Positions 1 through 8,676 are shown, counted from the stretch's first letter. The stretch is DNA of 12,782 nucleotides from Candidatus Thorarchaeota archaeon (GCA_048882485.1 JBHLRP010000071.1:1-12782), one strand, 5' to 3'. A program made the numbers and translations. The notes: generated by a model not told the origin, from the sequence alone.

Positions 1-942
1 GTCTATCGAACGTGGCCTCAGAACCCAAGAACCTTGATCACCCTGTTCCACTATCATTTCATTCGAACTAGTTGGAAACCACTCTGTGCCCCCAACTAGT
101 TGACTGTAGACGTTTAGATCCGATGGATAGGCTCTTGCCATTAATGAATAATCGCTGTTGTAGTTCTCGTGTGTGTGTTGCAGACCAAATGCATGCCCCA
201 TCTCATGTGCAGTACGTCCCCAGATTGTTGATTCTGACTCAATTGGATTTTCACCCACAAGGGACGCTCCCACGACTTTGAATGGGAAAAATGGAATTGG
301 GGAGTCATCCATGGTAATCAATACATTTGATCCAACTGAACTTACGCCTCTCCAGAATCCATTATCCGGAGCTCCAAGAGCTTGGTTTATCCAGACAAGT
401 ACATAATCAAAATTCCAGAAGTTGATATCATCGTCGGCTAAGTTAACTGCTTCTTGCACGATTCCTCTCCAATTGTCTTTGAGATTGTTCGGGTATGCTG
501 CCCGATTGTTGCCTAGGTCATACCACCCTTCCACTTGGTAGCTTATCGTTATTTTTCCATAACTGATGTTGTACCACAAGTCATTGATTGTACTCATGAT
601 ATCTTCAATCTCTGCACGAGTCCATCTTGTATTGGCTGGGGGAGGCAGGTCATGAAAATGAACACAAATGACAGCAAAGCTCTGCGCTCCAGTTCTTGCT
701 CTTGCCGTTTCAAATTCTCTCTCACTCTGATCCAGAACTTCTGTATCTGGTTTCCATCTGCTATTCGAGGTGTCAAGACAATTAGATTCGTCTGGAAGAA
801 GGAATTCGGTTCTTTCTCCGGACACATCAGTCGTTATGACTGAGATTGAGCTCAGTAAAAGTAGGAGAATGATGGAGATTGATAAGATTCTCAACCGAAT
901 ATGAGAACACTTCAATTTCGCGTATAGATTCTTTATTTCCAT
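1..942 (-). CDS. Secreted zinc metalloprotease, metzincin clan (M6/immune inhibitor A-like domain); partial, runs off the left edge
   Basis: Translated by hand (absent from the ORF track because no stop lies in the window). ATG at 942-940 with GGAG upstream, open to base 1. The N-terminus MEIKNLYAKLKCSHIRLRILSISIILLLLLSSISV is a signal/TM segment. Internal FAVICVHFHD, NISYGKITI, GWYDL and EAVNLADDDINFWNFD resemble M6 domains. Zinc motif HEMGHAFGLQH (HExxHxxGxxH) at ~207-175 is followed by a Met-turn-like YSLM. Confidence 0.85.
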   Translation of the reverse strand, partial: MEIKNLYAKLKCSHIRLRILSISIILLLLLSSISVITTDVSGERTEFLLPDESNCLDTSNSRWKPDTEVLDQSEREFETARARTGAQSFAVICVHFHDLPPPANTRWTRAEIEDIMSTINDLWYNISYGKITISYQVEGWYDLGNNRAAYPNNLKDNWRGIVQEAVNLADDDINFWNFDYVLVWINQALGAPDNGFWRGVSSVGSNVLITMDDSPIPFFPFKVVGASLVGENPIESESTIWGRTAHEMGHAFGLQHTHENYNSDYSLMARAYPSDLNVYSQLVGGTEWFPTSSNEMIVEQGDQGSWVLRPRSID

Positions 943-1192
943 TTTCTTCAACTCCTGATGCCGCAATCAATTGGATTGAGATGCAGCATCTCATCTGCAC
1001 CCCCATCTAGGGTTCAGAAAGAGTTGAGGCTACGCGTTCTCGAGTTCAATGACTCTCAATTAGTTCGTTTGAACCCGGCTGTTGCATTATTTGTATATCT
1101 TTGAATTTAATGTTTCGGATATTTGATTATTCTCTAACCTTTCATCAAGTCCAATTCTACAGGAATGGTTTCATGGTTTCACTCCACAATTC

Positions 1193-1198
1193 TTTTAA
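1193..1198 (+). promoter_or_regulatory. Putative archaeal TATA box for the tRNA gene
   Basis: TTTTAA lies 32-37 nt upstream of the mature tRNA 5' end (1230), compatible with a short leader. Confidence 0.4.
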
Positions 1199-1250
1199 CC
1201 GTTCAAGAACGAACAGCCAACCACGACATGGGCCGGTAGATCAGCCCGGT

Positions 1251-1280
1251 TGAAACCCTGGTATCCAGGGTTTCCGGGAG
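1251..1280 (+). other. tRNA intron 1 (30 nt, D-loop, position ~20/21)
   Basis: Central helix CCCG/CGGG, bulges GT^T and AG^A, inner 10-bp hairpin GAAACCCTGG/CCAGGGTTTC. An alternative register (1252-1279) is possible but gives a less canonical D-loop. Confidence 0.85.
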
Positions 1281-1297
1281 AGATCGCCTCCTTGGCA

Positions 1298-1326
1298 CTT
1301 GTGACGCACTTCGCGTGCATCCAAAG
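1298..1326 (+). other. tRNA intron 2 (29 nt, canonical 37/38)
   Basis: Central helix TTGG/CCAA, bulges CA^C and AG^T, outer helix is the anticodon stem CCTCC/GGAGG. Confidence 0.92.
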
Positions 1327-1342
1327 TGGAGGAGGTCGCGAG

Positions 1343-1372
1343 ACTCAGCGTGAATTCCACGCAGAGCGCGAA
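1343..1372 (+). other. tRNA intron 3 (30 nt, T-arm, position 53/54)
   Basis: Central helix CGCG/CGCG, bulges AG^A and AA^T, inner helices CTC/GAG and GCGTG/CACGC. Removal restores GCGAG-TTCGAAT-CTCGC. Confidence 0.9.
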
Positions 1373-1424
1373 TTCGAATCTCGCCCGGTCCACCATCCTT
1401 TTCGTGGTTCCACGTTTCTATTGA

Positions 1425-3428
1425 CTATTCTCGTATCATCCTCACGTTTTTCTTGAGCAGAACCGTGAATAGGATTATAGTTGCTCCTACTCCGATTGCA
1501 ACTCCCAAAATGAGTGCCATCACTGGGTCGAAACCATGAATGGTTGTGCTTGCTGTTGTTGATGTAGTAGTAGCAGCTATCACTTCAACAGTAATGGAAA
1601 CAAAGAGCGTATGTCCATAGATGTCACTGACATAGACTCGCAGTCCATAAGTCCCCAATTCAAGGATGCCAACTGTACGAATTTGTCCTAACCAATCAAT
1701 TACAAAATGAATTGTATCATCTACCCACCAGTCTCCAATTCCTGAAGGGTCAGTCGCATCAAGATCGCACACATAGGTGGTGCCATACTCGATTGTCTGA
1801 TTCTGCGGTTGCTCACCCCATGCGGGAGCCAAAGTATCGACTACTGTTATTGCGAAGAGCCCCGTGAGTGTATTCCCCCGCGTGTCATTGACCCAGACCT
1901 GTACTCCATAAACTCCAACCGCAACAATACCAATTGATGTGACTTGTCCATCATTATCGATTGCAAAGTAAAGCGTGTCATTCAGCCACCAGGTATCCAA
2001 TCCAGAAACGTCTGTCGCATTCAAATAGTATCTAAGACTTGCTCCGCATTCGACAAGCTGATTCACAGGGGCTTCAAGCCAAGTAGGGGGAGATCCATCT
2101 TCGACGATTACAGTGAAGGTTTTTGACAGAGCAGTGCCTTCTGAATTGCTAACAGATACATGGATGCCGTACCTCTCTGGGAGGAGGATTGTCATGTTTG
2201 TAAGTACTCCAGATTGGTCGATAGCGAAATTGTCAGTGTCATTAATCCACCAATTATCCCAACCTCCGTAGATTGAGGCATTCAAATCATATCTTAGAGG
2301 CTCTCCAAAAGAGATCACTTGATCAACTGGAAATTCCAACCAAAATGGTGGTGAATCTGGTGGAGCCATAAGAGGATGCAAATCCTGATTTCCTGGAAAG
2401 GAGTAAGGAGTATCACCTACACCATTCTCATCTGTGTCATATCCATCATAGCCCGACCAGAAATTGTAGTCAAAGACATCGCCACTTCCCCCATCAGAAG
2501 CATGAGCAGCGGCGTTCGTTACGAAGACGTTCCACAGTATGTCGTTGAGATGACAAAATCCATCGAGGGAGATGCCAATGTTGTTGTTGTTGTAGGTGTT
2601 GTTCATCACTTTGTTGGAATCAGAAACTTGGATGTAGATGCCGTATTGACTATTGTTGCTTAAGGTGTTGTTCATTATTGTGTTGGAATGTGAGATTTGC
2701 AGGTTGATGCCGCTTTGACTATTGCCATTGCAGGTGTTGTTCATCATTATATTGGAATTTGCAACTTCAAGTCTGATGCTGTAGATGTGGTCATTGAAGT
2801 GGTTGCGCGCTATTGAATTTAATGATGAATACTGTAAGAAAATACCAAGCTGACTGGTGTCAAAGATGTTGTCTGACAAAGTGTTGGAATCGGAGTTATC
2901 GAGGTAGATGCCCACACTGTCATTGGTGAAAGAGCTGTTAGCCACTTCTATAAGTGATGAGAATCCAAGGTATATACCAGCATAGCTGTTGTTGCAAGTG
3001 TTGTTGACTAGCTTGCCGTAGGTGACATTCTCTAGGTAAATCCCAGCTCCGTTACCCGGTACCGAGTAATTAGCACCAGTGAGATTGGAATTACTTATAG
3101 TGAAGTTAACTCGCGTGTTACTGATGCTTATGCAGTTACCGAATGCACCACCAAGGTCAATGTCCAATCCATCGATTATGAACGGGTTCTCAGGAGAACC
3201 ATCCCCAGGCCATCCCTCTAGCAGGACTGTGTCCGAGAAGTTGGCATCTCCATCTATGACAACGGGAACATGCGGTGTATCAGCAGGAAATCCCCTGAAT
3301 TCCGGATTTGATACAATGACAATTGACCTAGTACTGTTATCATATAGGTCAGCAACATTCACAACACATCCTAGAACCAGGATGATTCCCAGAGATACAA
3401 ACCAATAGGCGAAATACGCCTCACGCAT
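1425..3428 (-). CDS. Cell-surface protein: right-handed parallel beta-helix (NosD/CASH-type) plus three ~87-aa Ig/cadherin-like repeats and a C-terminal membrane anchor
   Basis: N-terminal hydrophobic segment; GWPGDGSPENPFII; many GIYL..S..N.I.NN repeats; NosD-like end NFWSGYDGYDTDENGVGDTPY..DLHPL; three repeats starting PPFWLEFPVDQ, PPTWLEAPVNQ and APAWGEQPQNQ; Thr-rich linker; TM helix and basic tail. Confidence 0.9.
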   Translation of the reverse strand: MREAYFAYWFVSLGIILVLGCVVNVADLYDNSTRSIVIVSNPEFRGFPADTPHVPVVIDGDANFSDTVLLEGWPGDGSPENPFIIDGLDIDLGGAFGNCISISNTRVNFTISNSNLTGANYSVPGNGAGIYLENVTYGKLVNNTCNNSYAGIYLGFSSLIEVANSSFTNDSVGIYLDNSDSNTLSDNIFDTSQLGIFLQYSSLNSIARNHFNDHIYSIRLEVANSNIMMNNTCNGNSQSGINLQISHSNTIMNNTLSNNSQYGIYIQVSDSNKVMNNTYNNNNIGISLDGFCHLNDILWNVFVTNAAAHASDGGSGDVFDYNFWSGYDGYDTDENGVGDTPYSFPGNQDLHPLMAPPDSPPFWLEFPVDQVISFGEPLRYDLNASIYGGWDNWWINDTDNFAIDQSGVLTNMTILLPERYGIHVSVSNSEGTALSKTFTVIVEDGSPPTWLEAPVNQLVECGASLRYYLNATDVSGLDTWWLNDTLYFAIDNDGQVTSIGIVAVGVYGVQVWVNDTRGNTLTGLFAITVVDTLAPAWGEQPQNQTIEYGTTYVCDLDATDPSGIGDWWVDDTIHFVIDWLGQIRTVGILELGTYGLRVYVSDIYGHTLFVSITVEVIAATTTSTTASTTIHGFDPVMALILGVAIGVGATIILFTVLLKKNVRMIRE

Positions 3429-3540
3429 GAACAGTTTCTCCTCCGTTGCGAAGAACGTGATGAGAGTCTTTTATGCATATCACAAATCCCGATAGCCAAG
3501 TGTTATCGTCTTCGATCTCTCTCGTGATATTCTCCGTACA

Positions 3541-3588
3541 ATGCCAAAGTTTACTTATTAATGCCTAAGTTTGCCTAATAGTGCCAAG
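3541..3588 (+). repeat. Imperfect 20-nt tandem repeat (~2.4 copies)
   Basis: ATGCCAAAGTTTACTTATTA and ATGCCTAAGTTTGCCTAATA (16/20 identical), then GTGCCAAG. Confidence 0.5.
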
Positions 3589-3610
3589 AGCCTATGGAGT
3601 ACCAACTAAA

Positions 3611-3631
3611 CAAATCTCGCCCGGTCCACCA
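3611..3631 (+). repeat. tRNA-Ala 3'-end repeat R1
   Basis: CAAATCTCGCCCGGTCCACCA; the last 19 nt are identical to 1377-1395. Confidence 0.95.
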
Positions 3632-3676
3632 CTCTCTTTCGCAAGCCCAAAGGGGCCACAAAATCTGCATATAGAC

Positions 3677-3967
3677 TCATTTGATTGCCCAAATCATCAG
3701 TAGGATGAGCAATCCAAATAGTAGGTTCAATACTATTTGAATATGGAGAAATGATAAGAACCACAAATCAAAAGGCTGGTGCAGGAGAAATCCAGAGACA
3801 CCACCATAGCCCCATACCAAGTAGTTAGCAAAGGCATAGATAAAGAGAAAGGCAGTGCCCAAGCAAATTCTGAATGTCCTGCGCTCATTCAGAATCTCAT
3901 CAACCAAGTGTTTTACTTGCTCTTCATTAATGGCATGGCTTCTTTCCCCGTCTGCCATCATACTCAC
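3677..3967 (-). CDS. Small hypothetical membrane protein (2 predicted TM helices)
   Basis: 96-aa ORF with a charged N-terminus and two hydrophobic stretches. It fills the R1-R2 interval. The start may be one of the downstream Met codons. Confidence 0.7.
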   Translation of the reverse strand: MSMMADGERSHAINEEQVKHLVDEILNERRTFRICLGTAFLFIYAFANYLVWGYGGVSGFLLHQPFDLWFLSFLHIQIVLNLLFGLLILLMIWAIK

Positions 3968-4057
3968 TGAGTTCCAGGATGCAACTAGCTGTTGATGAGT
4001 TTTCCGTAATCAAATGAAACTGGTATTTGGCTACCATAGTTCTTGGTTAAACTCCTT

Positions 4058-4080
4058 TTCAAATCTCGCCCGGTCCGCTA
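4058..4080 (+). repeat. tRNA-Ala 3'-end repeat R2
   Basis: TTCAAATCTCGCCCGGTCCGCTA; 20/23 identical to 1373-1395. Confidence 0.93.
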
Positions 4081-4081
4081 T

Positions 4082-4684
4082 TCATTTTCCAGAGAAAATA
4101 TCCTGAGCAGAATCCTCAATATCACGCTTTGAGAAGACTTCTTCATTAGTGCCACCCCATGGTGATGATAACAGATTTGGACGTAGGAGAGGTATTAACA
4201 AAACAGCTAGAATTGAAACCAGTGGCAATGGAATCACAGCAGAGAAGTAGACCATTCCACCACTTGAAGCCCGGGGAACTGTCATCATTGGCAATGTCAT
4301 CAGGATTGCCAGAATTGTGACGAAAGCAACTCCTGCTGAATACCGGCCAATACTGGAATATTTTCCCTGCGCAAATCTGTACGACTGATATCCTATGTAG
4401 ACGTATGGCAGCCAATAGAAGATCATGATTAAAGCCATTGGAGTTGGTCCAATGTAAGAGACCCAGTCACTTTGGAGTGCAACCCATGTTGGTGCATAAA
4501 TAGCCAGTTGCTGAAACTCAGCCTCATTCAACCAGTCAACTAGATATGGAAGGAATAGTGAAAGGCCAAAAATGATCTTCGAAATCTTGATTCCTCTGGA
4601 TGTCGGTTCGAAAGGTAGTGCCCCACTCAAATAATGAATCCTCGTTTTAGAGCAGGAAAGAAAGGATATTAACTTTGTACTCAA
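4082..4684 (-). CDS. Hypothetical multi-pass membrane protein (about 4 TM)
   Basis: Four hydrophobic segments and an acidic C-tail. The start is uncertain: the track uses a TTG, and the first hydrophobic segment begins near KISKIIFGL (~4590). Confidence 0.7.
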   Translation of the reverse strand: MSTKLISFLSCSKTRIHYLSGALPFEPTSRGIKISKIIFGLSLFLPYLVDWLNEAEFQQLAIYAPTWVALQSDWVSYIGPTPMALIMIFYWLPYVYIGYQSYRFAQGKYSSIGRYSAGVAFVTILAILMTLPMMTVPRASSGGMVYFSAVIPLPLVSILAVLLIPLLRPNLLSSPWGGTNEEVFSKRDIEDSAQDIFSGK

Positions 4685-4838
4685 CTAGATGGATGGGTGT
4701 ACCTTGTTCTGCTTCCACCATCATCTGGAGTATGCTATGAAGAAAGGAACTAACACGGTTGTGATGGTTGCCATTAGAAAGCGCACAAGCAAGAAGGTTG
4801 GATACCCAGCTTATGCTCCTTTCAGATATTTCTTGAAG

Positions 4839-4864
4839 GAATTCAAATCTCGCCCGGTCCACCA
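4839..4864 (+). repeat. tRNA-Ala 3'-end repeat R3
   Basis: GAATTCAAATCTCGCCCGGTCCACCA; 25/26 identical to 1370-1395. Confidence 0.96.
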
Positions 4865-4967
4865 CTTCATTCTGTATTGCCAATTCGTCAAAAGATCCCA
4901 CTTGCTACAATGGACCGGTTTATGAACGAGTTGAGCTTGACGTGAAGGGTGGGAGATGTAAAGAATC

Positions 4968-5792
4968 TTGAAGATTGGCGCTGTCATTCGACCGGTGAAT
5001 CAGAACTACAACTTAGAAGAGATCAAGAACTTTGTGAATGCAGTTGAAGAACTAGGATTCGATTATCTGCTGGCATACGACATTGTCACAAAGACTGAAC
5101 ATTCACCACCGCCAACCAGCGAACCACTTGTCTTAATCAGTTATCTAGCCGCACTGACGAGCAAATTGGAGTTTGCTACGGGAGTCATAATTCTACCATC
5201 TAGACAGACGGTGTTGGTGGCCAAACAGGCAGCTGAAGTTGATCATTTTACTGAGGGGCGATTAAGACTCGGTGTGGCAGTTGGTTGGAATGAAAGAGAG
5301 TATCAGGTAATGGATTCTGACTTCACCTTGCGAGGAGAGAGGATCGAGGAGCAAATCGCAGTGATGCGGGAGCTATGGACTAATCCGACTATCACTTTCA
5401 AGGGGAAGTTTCATGATCTGAAGGATATTGGAATTGAGCCGTTGCCAGTGCAACGCCCAATTCCCATTTGGCTGGGTGGCTACGCTGATGTTGTCCTTCA
5501 GCGGATCGCCAGAATCGGGGATGGCTGGCTTGCTCACATTACAACGCCTGAATCAGCAATCCCCATTGTGGAGAAATTACATAGCCATATGGAAGAAGAA
5601 GACCGGAAGAAGAGTGACTTTGGTATCGGGGTTTGCTTGGATATGCACTTCTCTCATGATTGGGGAGAGTACATTCAGGCATGGACTGATTTGGGTGCCA
5701 CTCATTTTGATATTGATACTACAAGGGCGGGATTAAAGACCCCTAAAAATCACATCGAGATGGTTCAGAACTTCAAAGACGAGTGGTTGTAA
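4968..5792 (+). CDS. LLM-class (luciferase-like) oxidoreductase, probably F420-dependent
   Basis: MKIG..., EELGFD, EPLVLISYLAALTSKLEFATGVIILPSRQTVLVAKQAAEVD, GRLRLGVAVGWNEREY, PVQRPIPIWLGG and RIARIGDGW are typical LLM motifs. TTG start with GGGAG upstream. Confidence 0.92.
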   Translation: MKIGAVIRPVNQNYNLEEIKNFVNAVEELGFDYLLAYDIVTKTEHSPPPTSEPLVLISYLAALTSKLEFATGVIILPSRQTVLVAKQAAEVDHFTEGRLRLGVAVGWNEREYQVMDSDFTLRGERIEEQIAVMRELWTNPTITFKGKFHDLKDIGIEPLPVQRPIPIWLGGYADVVLQRIARIGDGWLAHITTPESAIPIVEKLHSHMEEEDRKKSDFGIGVCLDMHFSHDWGEYIQAWTDLGATHFDIDTTRAGLKTPKNHIEMVQNFKDEWL

Positions 5793-5802
5793 TTTCGTTC
5801 AT

Positions 5803-5828
5803 GAATTCAAATCTCGCACGGTCCACCA
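5803..5828 (+). repeat. tRNA-Ala 3'-end repeat R4
   Basis: GAATTCAAATCTCGCACGGTCCACCA; 24/26 identical to 1370-1395. Confidence 0.95.
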
Positions 5829-5992
5829 AATCTATTGTTCAGTCCATCATCATTTAGTTCCCATTCCGCTTTCTCAATGGTATTTGCCTCAAACCCAATC
5901 GCATAGCCATTCAAAGCAGCAATTGAGGCGTCCTGAAATTCACAATCCTAATATCGGGGGGCAGTGCTCAGATTGGATAGGAGATTGGGCCC

Positions 5993-8617
5993 ATGAGGAT
6001 TAGAGTATTCGCTTTCATGATTTTACTATGTGCTTTGATTTCGTTTCCAATTACGGGGTATGCTGATGAGGTGCCTGCTGAATTGAGATTTGATGATGTT
6101 GCATCAGGACCTTATGTGGACAAGTTGGTCTATAGAACAATTTCATCAGAAAGCAGTCGTGTTCAGGCTCTACTGGATAACGAGATTGACATTCTGGATG
6201 GCCCAATTGATTTCTCCTATATCTCGACTTTGAATTCATCACCTGAGGTCGAGTTGTCTTCTATTCTCAGAAATGGGTATGGGGTATACACAATTAATTG
6301 CGCCAAATACCCGCTGAGTATCTCTTCACTTAGGAGAGCTTTTGCATTAGCGCTTGACAAAGAACGAATTTCTACGGAAGTCTTAGGCGGAAAATCCGTT
6401 CTTCATGACTCCTTAGTACCGCTCGTAAATCCCTTCTGTGCTGAGAATTCGTTGCCGGGCGATTACTATTCGAATTACACAAATGAAGCGAATCAACTCC
6501 TTGATGCTGCGGGATTCTTAGACATCAATGCTGATGGATTCCGAGAAGCACCAGACGGGACGACGTTCCAGATTACCATTGAATATGGTGTCACCCAGCC
6601 TCGGGCCGATTCAATTGCAGTACTTGCAGCAGATGCGTTATCAGCGATAAGCATCAATGTTGATATTTCGCCTGGAGATTCCTATGAGATCCTTTACCGA
6701 CTCTACAGTCATGGGGATTTTGATGTTATTTTCGGGGGTCGCAATTTCTATGACTTTGGCCTTCAGTGGTTGGAGCAGTACTACGATTCCTCCCATAACC
6801 ATCCAGGCGAGAATCCCTCTAACTATATCAACGCCACATTAGATGCCTACATGGATATTTTACTAACTAGCACCAACTATATGGAAATCTACGATGCTGC
6901 GGAAGAGATACAGAAGATACTCTTCGAAGATAGCCCTGAGATTGTCCTGTATGAGGAATTTTCCTACTCTGCCTATAGAAAAGACCGCTTTGAAGGTCAC
7001 GTGGTTGATGTTGTCAATAATGTCGAAAATGAATGGACAAATCTCAATGCACACCTCACGCCCATAGATGGTGGCCCGTTTACAGGAACTCTTAGAATCG
7101 GCATGAGTGTCTTTCCGAGTACACTCAACCCAATGTTGGCGACTCATTATAGCGACATGGTACTTGACAATCTATTCGCGCATCTTATCAAAATAGGTCC
7201 AGATGGAGAATTCAGGACGGATCTAGCTGGAACCTATCTGATGGAAACTCATGCAGAAAATGCTTCAATTCCAGCAGGCTATATGCGATTTACATTTGAT
7301 ATTCTGAGTAATGGATCCTGGAGTGATGGGACTTCTGTGACAGCTGACGATGTAGCATACTCGTTCAATTATTACATGAATGCTGGTGGAGGGCAATTGG
7401 CTGGGTATCTTGAAGATATGACACTTGCCACTGCTCCAAATTCAAGCCGAGTCATTGTTGAATTCAACATTGAGTCATACTGGTATCTCTACAGTTTCGC
7501 AAACTTGCCCATCCTTCCACGGTCTATTCTGGAGAGCCTCGGGCCAACAGGATGGAGTTCTTGGGACCCAGTTTTCACCGATTCCTTCCTAACATGCGGT
7601 CCTTTCATTCCAACATCTTATTCCTTAGACAACTATGTTGAGCTATCTCAAACTACACTCTATCATCATAGAGTCCGAGGCACTGGATCGGCATTACCTT
7701 TTGCGTCAGGGCCTACTGATATGACAATCATAAACGGGACCATGGGAAGTTCCATTGGCTGGAGCATTTCTGATGATAATGCATTGGCTTATCGTATTTT
7801 GAAAAATGGAACTGCAATTGTGGGTGAATATTATGACACTTCCACCGTTGAACTGGACATTGACACCTATCTCACTGAATATGGCGTCCACAATTTCACT
7901 ATTCAAGTTCAAGATTGGGATGCTCAGATTAGTATTGATACTATCCTTGTCGAGTTCCTACCGGACACATTTGCCCCTGATGTGGCTGGACCTGATGACT
8001 TCCTCACCTTCGATGTGTTCTCAAGCGGAACTCTGATTAGCTGGACTGTCTTCGATCATAATCCTGCGAGCTATAACATCCTAGTTGATGGTATAGTTGT
8101 CGCGTCTGAAGACTGGACAAGTGCGATGATTTCGATAAGTCATGATATCGGAGTACTCAGCGCTGGAGAATATAACTTCACAATCTATCTGGTTGATGAC
8201 AAAGGTTACAGCTCAACCGACACTGTGATTGTGACAGTGGTTTCAGATGAAGTTCCACCTGTGATTGACTCGCCAGATGACGTAGTCATGAATTTTGGTG
8301 AACTGGACCAAAAGATACAGTGGAATGCAACTGACTTGTACCCCTATACCTTCACAATATACCTGAACTCTATCGTAAATGTCACAGGTCCTTGGGAATC
8401 AGGCGTACCAATCATCTTCAGTCTTGATGGACTTGAGGCTGGTTCCAATAATGTGACCATTGAGATAAGAGATGTTGTCAACAATGCAGTCGTGGATACA
8501 GTGAATGTACTTGTACATCCTCCAGGGTATATACCTCCCGAGGTGCTGTTCTTGACGATTGCAGGGGCCTCAGCGGTTGTTGTAATTGTTGTGATAATAC
8601 TCAAGGTTCGGAAATGA
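5993..8617 (+). CDS. ABC transporter family-5 (OppA/DppA-like) substrate-binding protein, apparently circularly permuted, with three Ig-like repeats and a C-terminal TM anchor
   Basis: Signal peptide; LRRAFALALDK, ANQLLDAAGF.D...DGFR, TLNP, WSDGTSVTADDVAYSF and CGPF motifs; three ~95-aa repeats (GPTD, GPDD, SPDD ... W...D); TM helix then KVRK; AGGAG upstream. Confidence 0.9.
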   Translation: MRIRVFAFMILLCALISFPITGYADEVPAELRFDDVASGPYVDKLVYRTISSESSRVQALLDNEIDILDGPIDFSYISTLNSSPEVELSSILRNGYGVYTINCAKYPLSISSLRRAFALALDKERISTEVLGGKSVLHDSLVPLVNPFCAENSLPGDYYSNYTNEANQLLDAAGFLDINADGFREAPDGTTFQITIEYGVTQPRADSIAVLAADALSAISINVDISPGDSYEILYRLYSHGDFDVIFGGRNFYDFGLQWLEQYYDSSHNHPGENPSNYINATLDAYMDILLTSTNYMEIYDAAEEIQKILFEDSPEIVLYEEFSYSAYRKDRFEGHVVDVVNNVENEWTNLNAHLTPIDGGPFTGTLRIGMSVFPSTLNPMLATHYSDMVLDNLFAHLIKIGPDGEFRTDLAGTYLMETHAENASIPAGYMRFTFDILSNGSWSDGTSVTADDVAYSFNYYMNAGGGQLAGYLEDMTLATAPNSSRVIVEFNIESYWYLYSFANLPILPRSILESLGPTGWSSWDPVFTDSFLTCGPFIPTSYSLDNYVELSQTTLYHHRVRGTGSALPFASGPTDMTIINGTMGSSIGWSISDDNALAYRILKNGTAIVGEYYDTSTVELDIDTYLTEYGVHNFTIQVQDWDAQISIDTILVEFLPDTFAPDVAGPDDFLTFDVFSSGTLISWTVFDHNPASYNILVDGIVVASEDWTSAMISISHDIGVLSAGEYNFTIYLVDDKGYSSTDTVIVTVVSDEVPPVIDSPDDVVMNFGELDQKIQWNATDLYPYTFTIYLNSIVNVTGPWESGVPIIFSLDGLEAGSNNVTIEIRDVVNNAVVDTVNVLVHPPGYIPPEVLFLTIAGASAVVVIVVIILKVRK

Positions 8618-8627
8618 ACTAGCTAAA

Positions 8628-8646
8628 CGGGGGAATGCTTCCTCGT
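8628..8646 (+). terminator. Possible stem-loop after the SBP gene
   Basis: ACGGGGGA-ATGC-TTCCTCGT pairs with two G:U pairs, starting about 10 nt after the stop; no U-tract directly follows. Confidence 0.25.
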
Positions 8647-8657
8647 GGTCGTCCCCT

Positions 8658-8676
8658 ATTCTTGTCCAGTCCACCA
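8658..8676 (+). repeat. Degenerate tRNA-Ala 3'-end repeat R5
   Basis: ATTCTTGTCCAGTCCACCA versus AATCTCGCCCGGTCCACCA is 15/19 with no gaps, in the expected intergenic position. Confidence 0.7.

Larger units (their letters stand above)
1230..1395 (+). tRNA. tRNA-Ala(GGC) with three BHB introns and encoded CCA
   Basis: Removing 1251-1280, 1298-1326 and 1343-1372 gives a 77-nt cloverleaf: GGGCCGG TA GATC AGCCCGGTA GATC G CCTCC TTGGCAT GGAGG AGGTC GCGAG TTCGAAT CTCGC CCGGTCC A CCA. All four stems pair. The G3:U70 wobble and A73 (Ala identity elements) agree with anticodon GGC at 1294-1296. Confidence 0.95.

Noticed and set aside
72-843. ORFs 72-281, 173-406, 535-843 and 594-827
   Set aside because: They are shadows or alternative frames of the minus-strand metalloprotease at 1-942.
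1041-1057. CGAGTTCAATGACTCTC upstream of the tRNA as a further repeat
   Set aside because: It matches only about 8 nt of the T-arm and lacks the CTCGCCCGG core.
1250-1456. 68-aa ORF
   Set aside because: It overlaps the tRNA gene and has no protein-like features.
1425-3428. Assigning nosD (N2O reductase maturation)
   Set aside because: Only the beta-helix fold is shared. There is no nos operon context, and the architecture is that of a surface-anchored protein.
4911-4918. TGGACCGG, an inverted copy of part of R3 that also resembles the tRNA 5' end
   Set aside because: Only 8 nt and not seen at an equivalent position after the other repeats, so compatible with chance.
4647-4925. ORFs 4647-4901 (-) and 4689-4925 (+)
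   Set aside because: They are short, span repeat R3, and have no recognisable motifs, so they are probably spurious.
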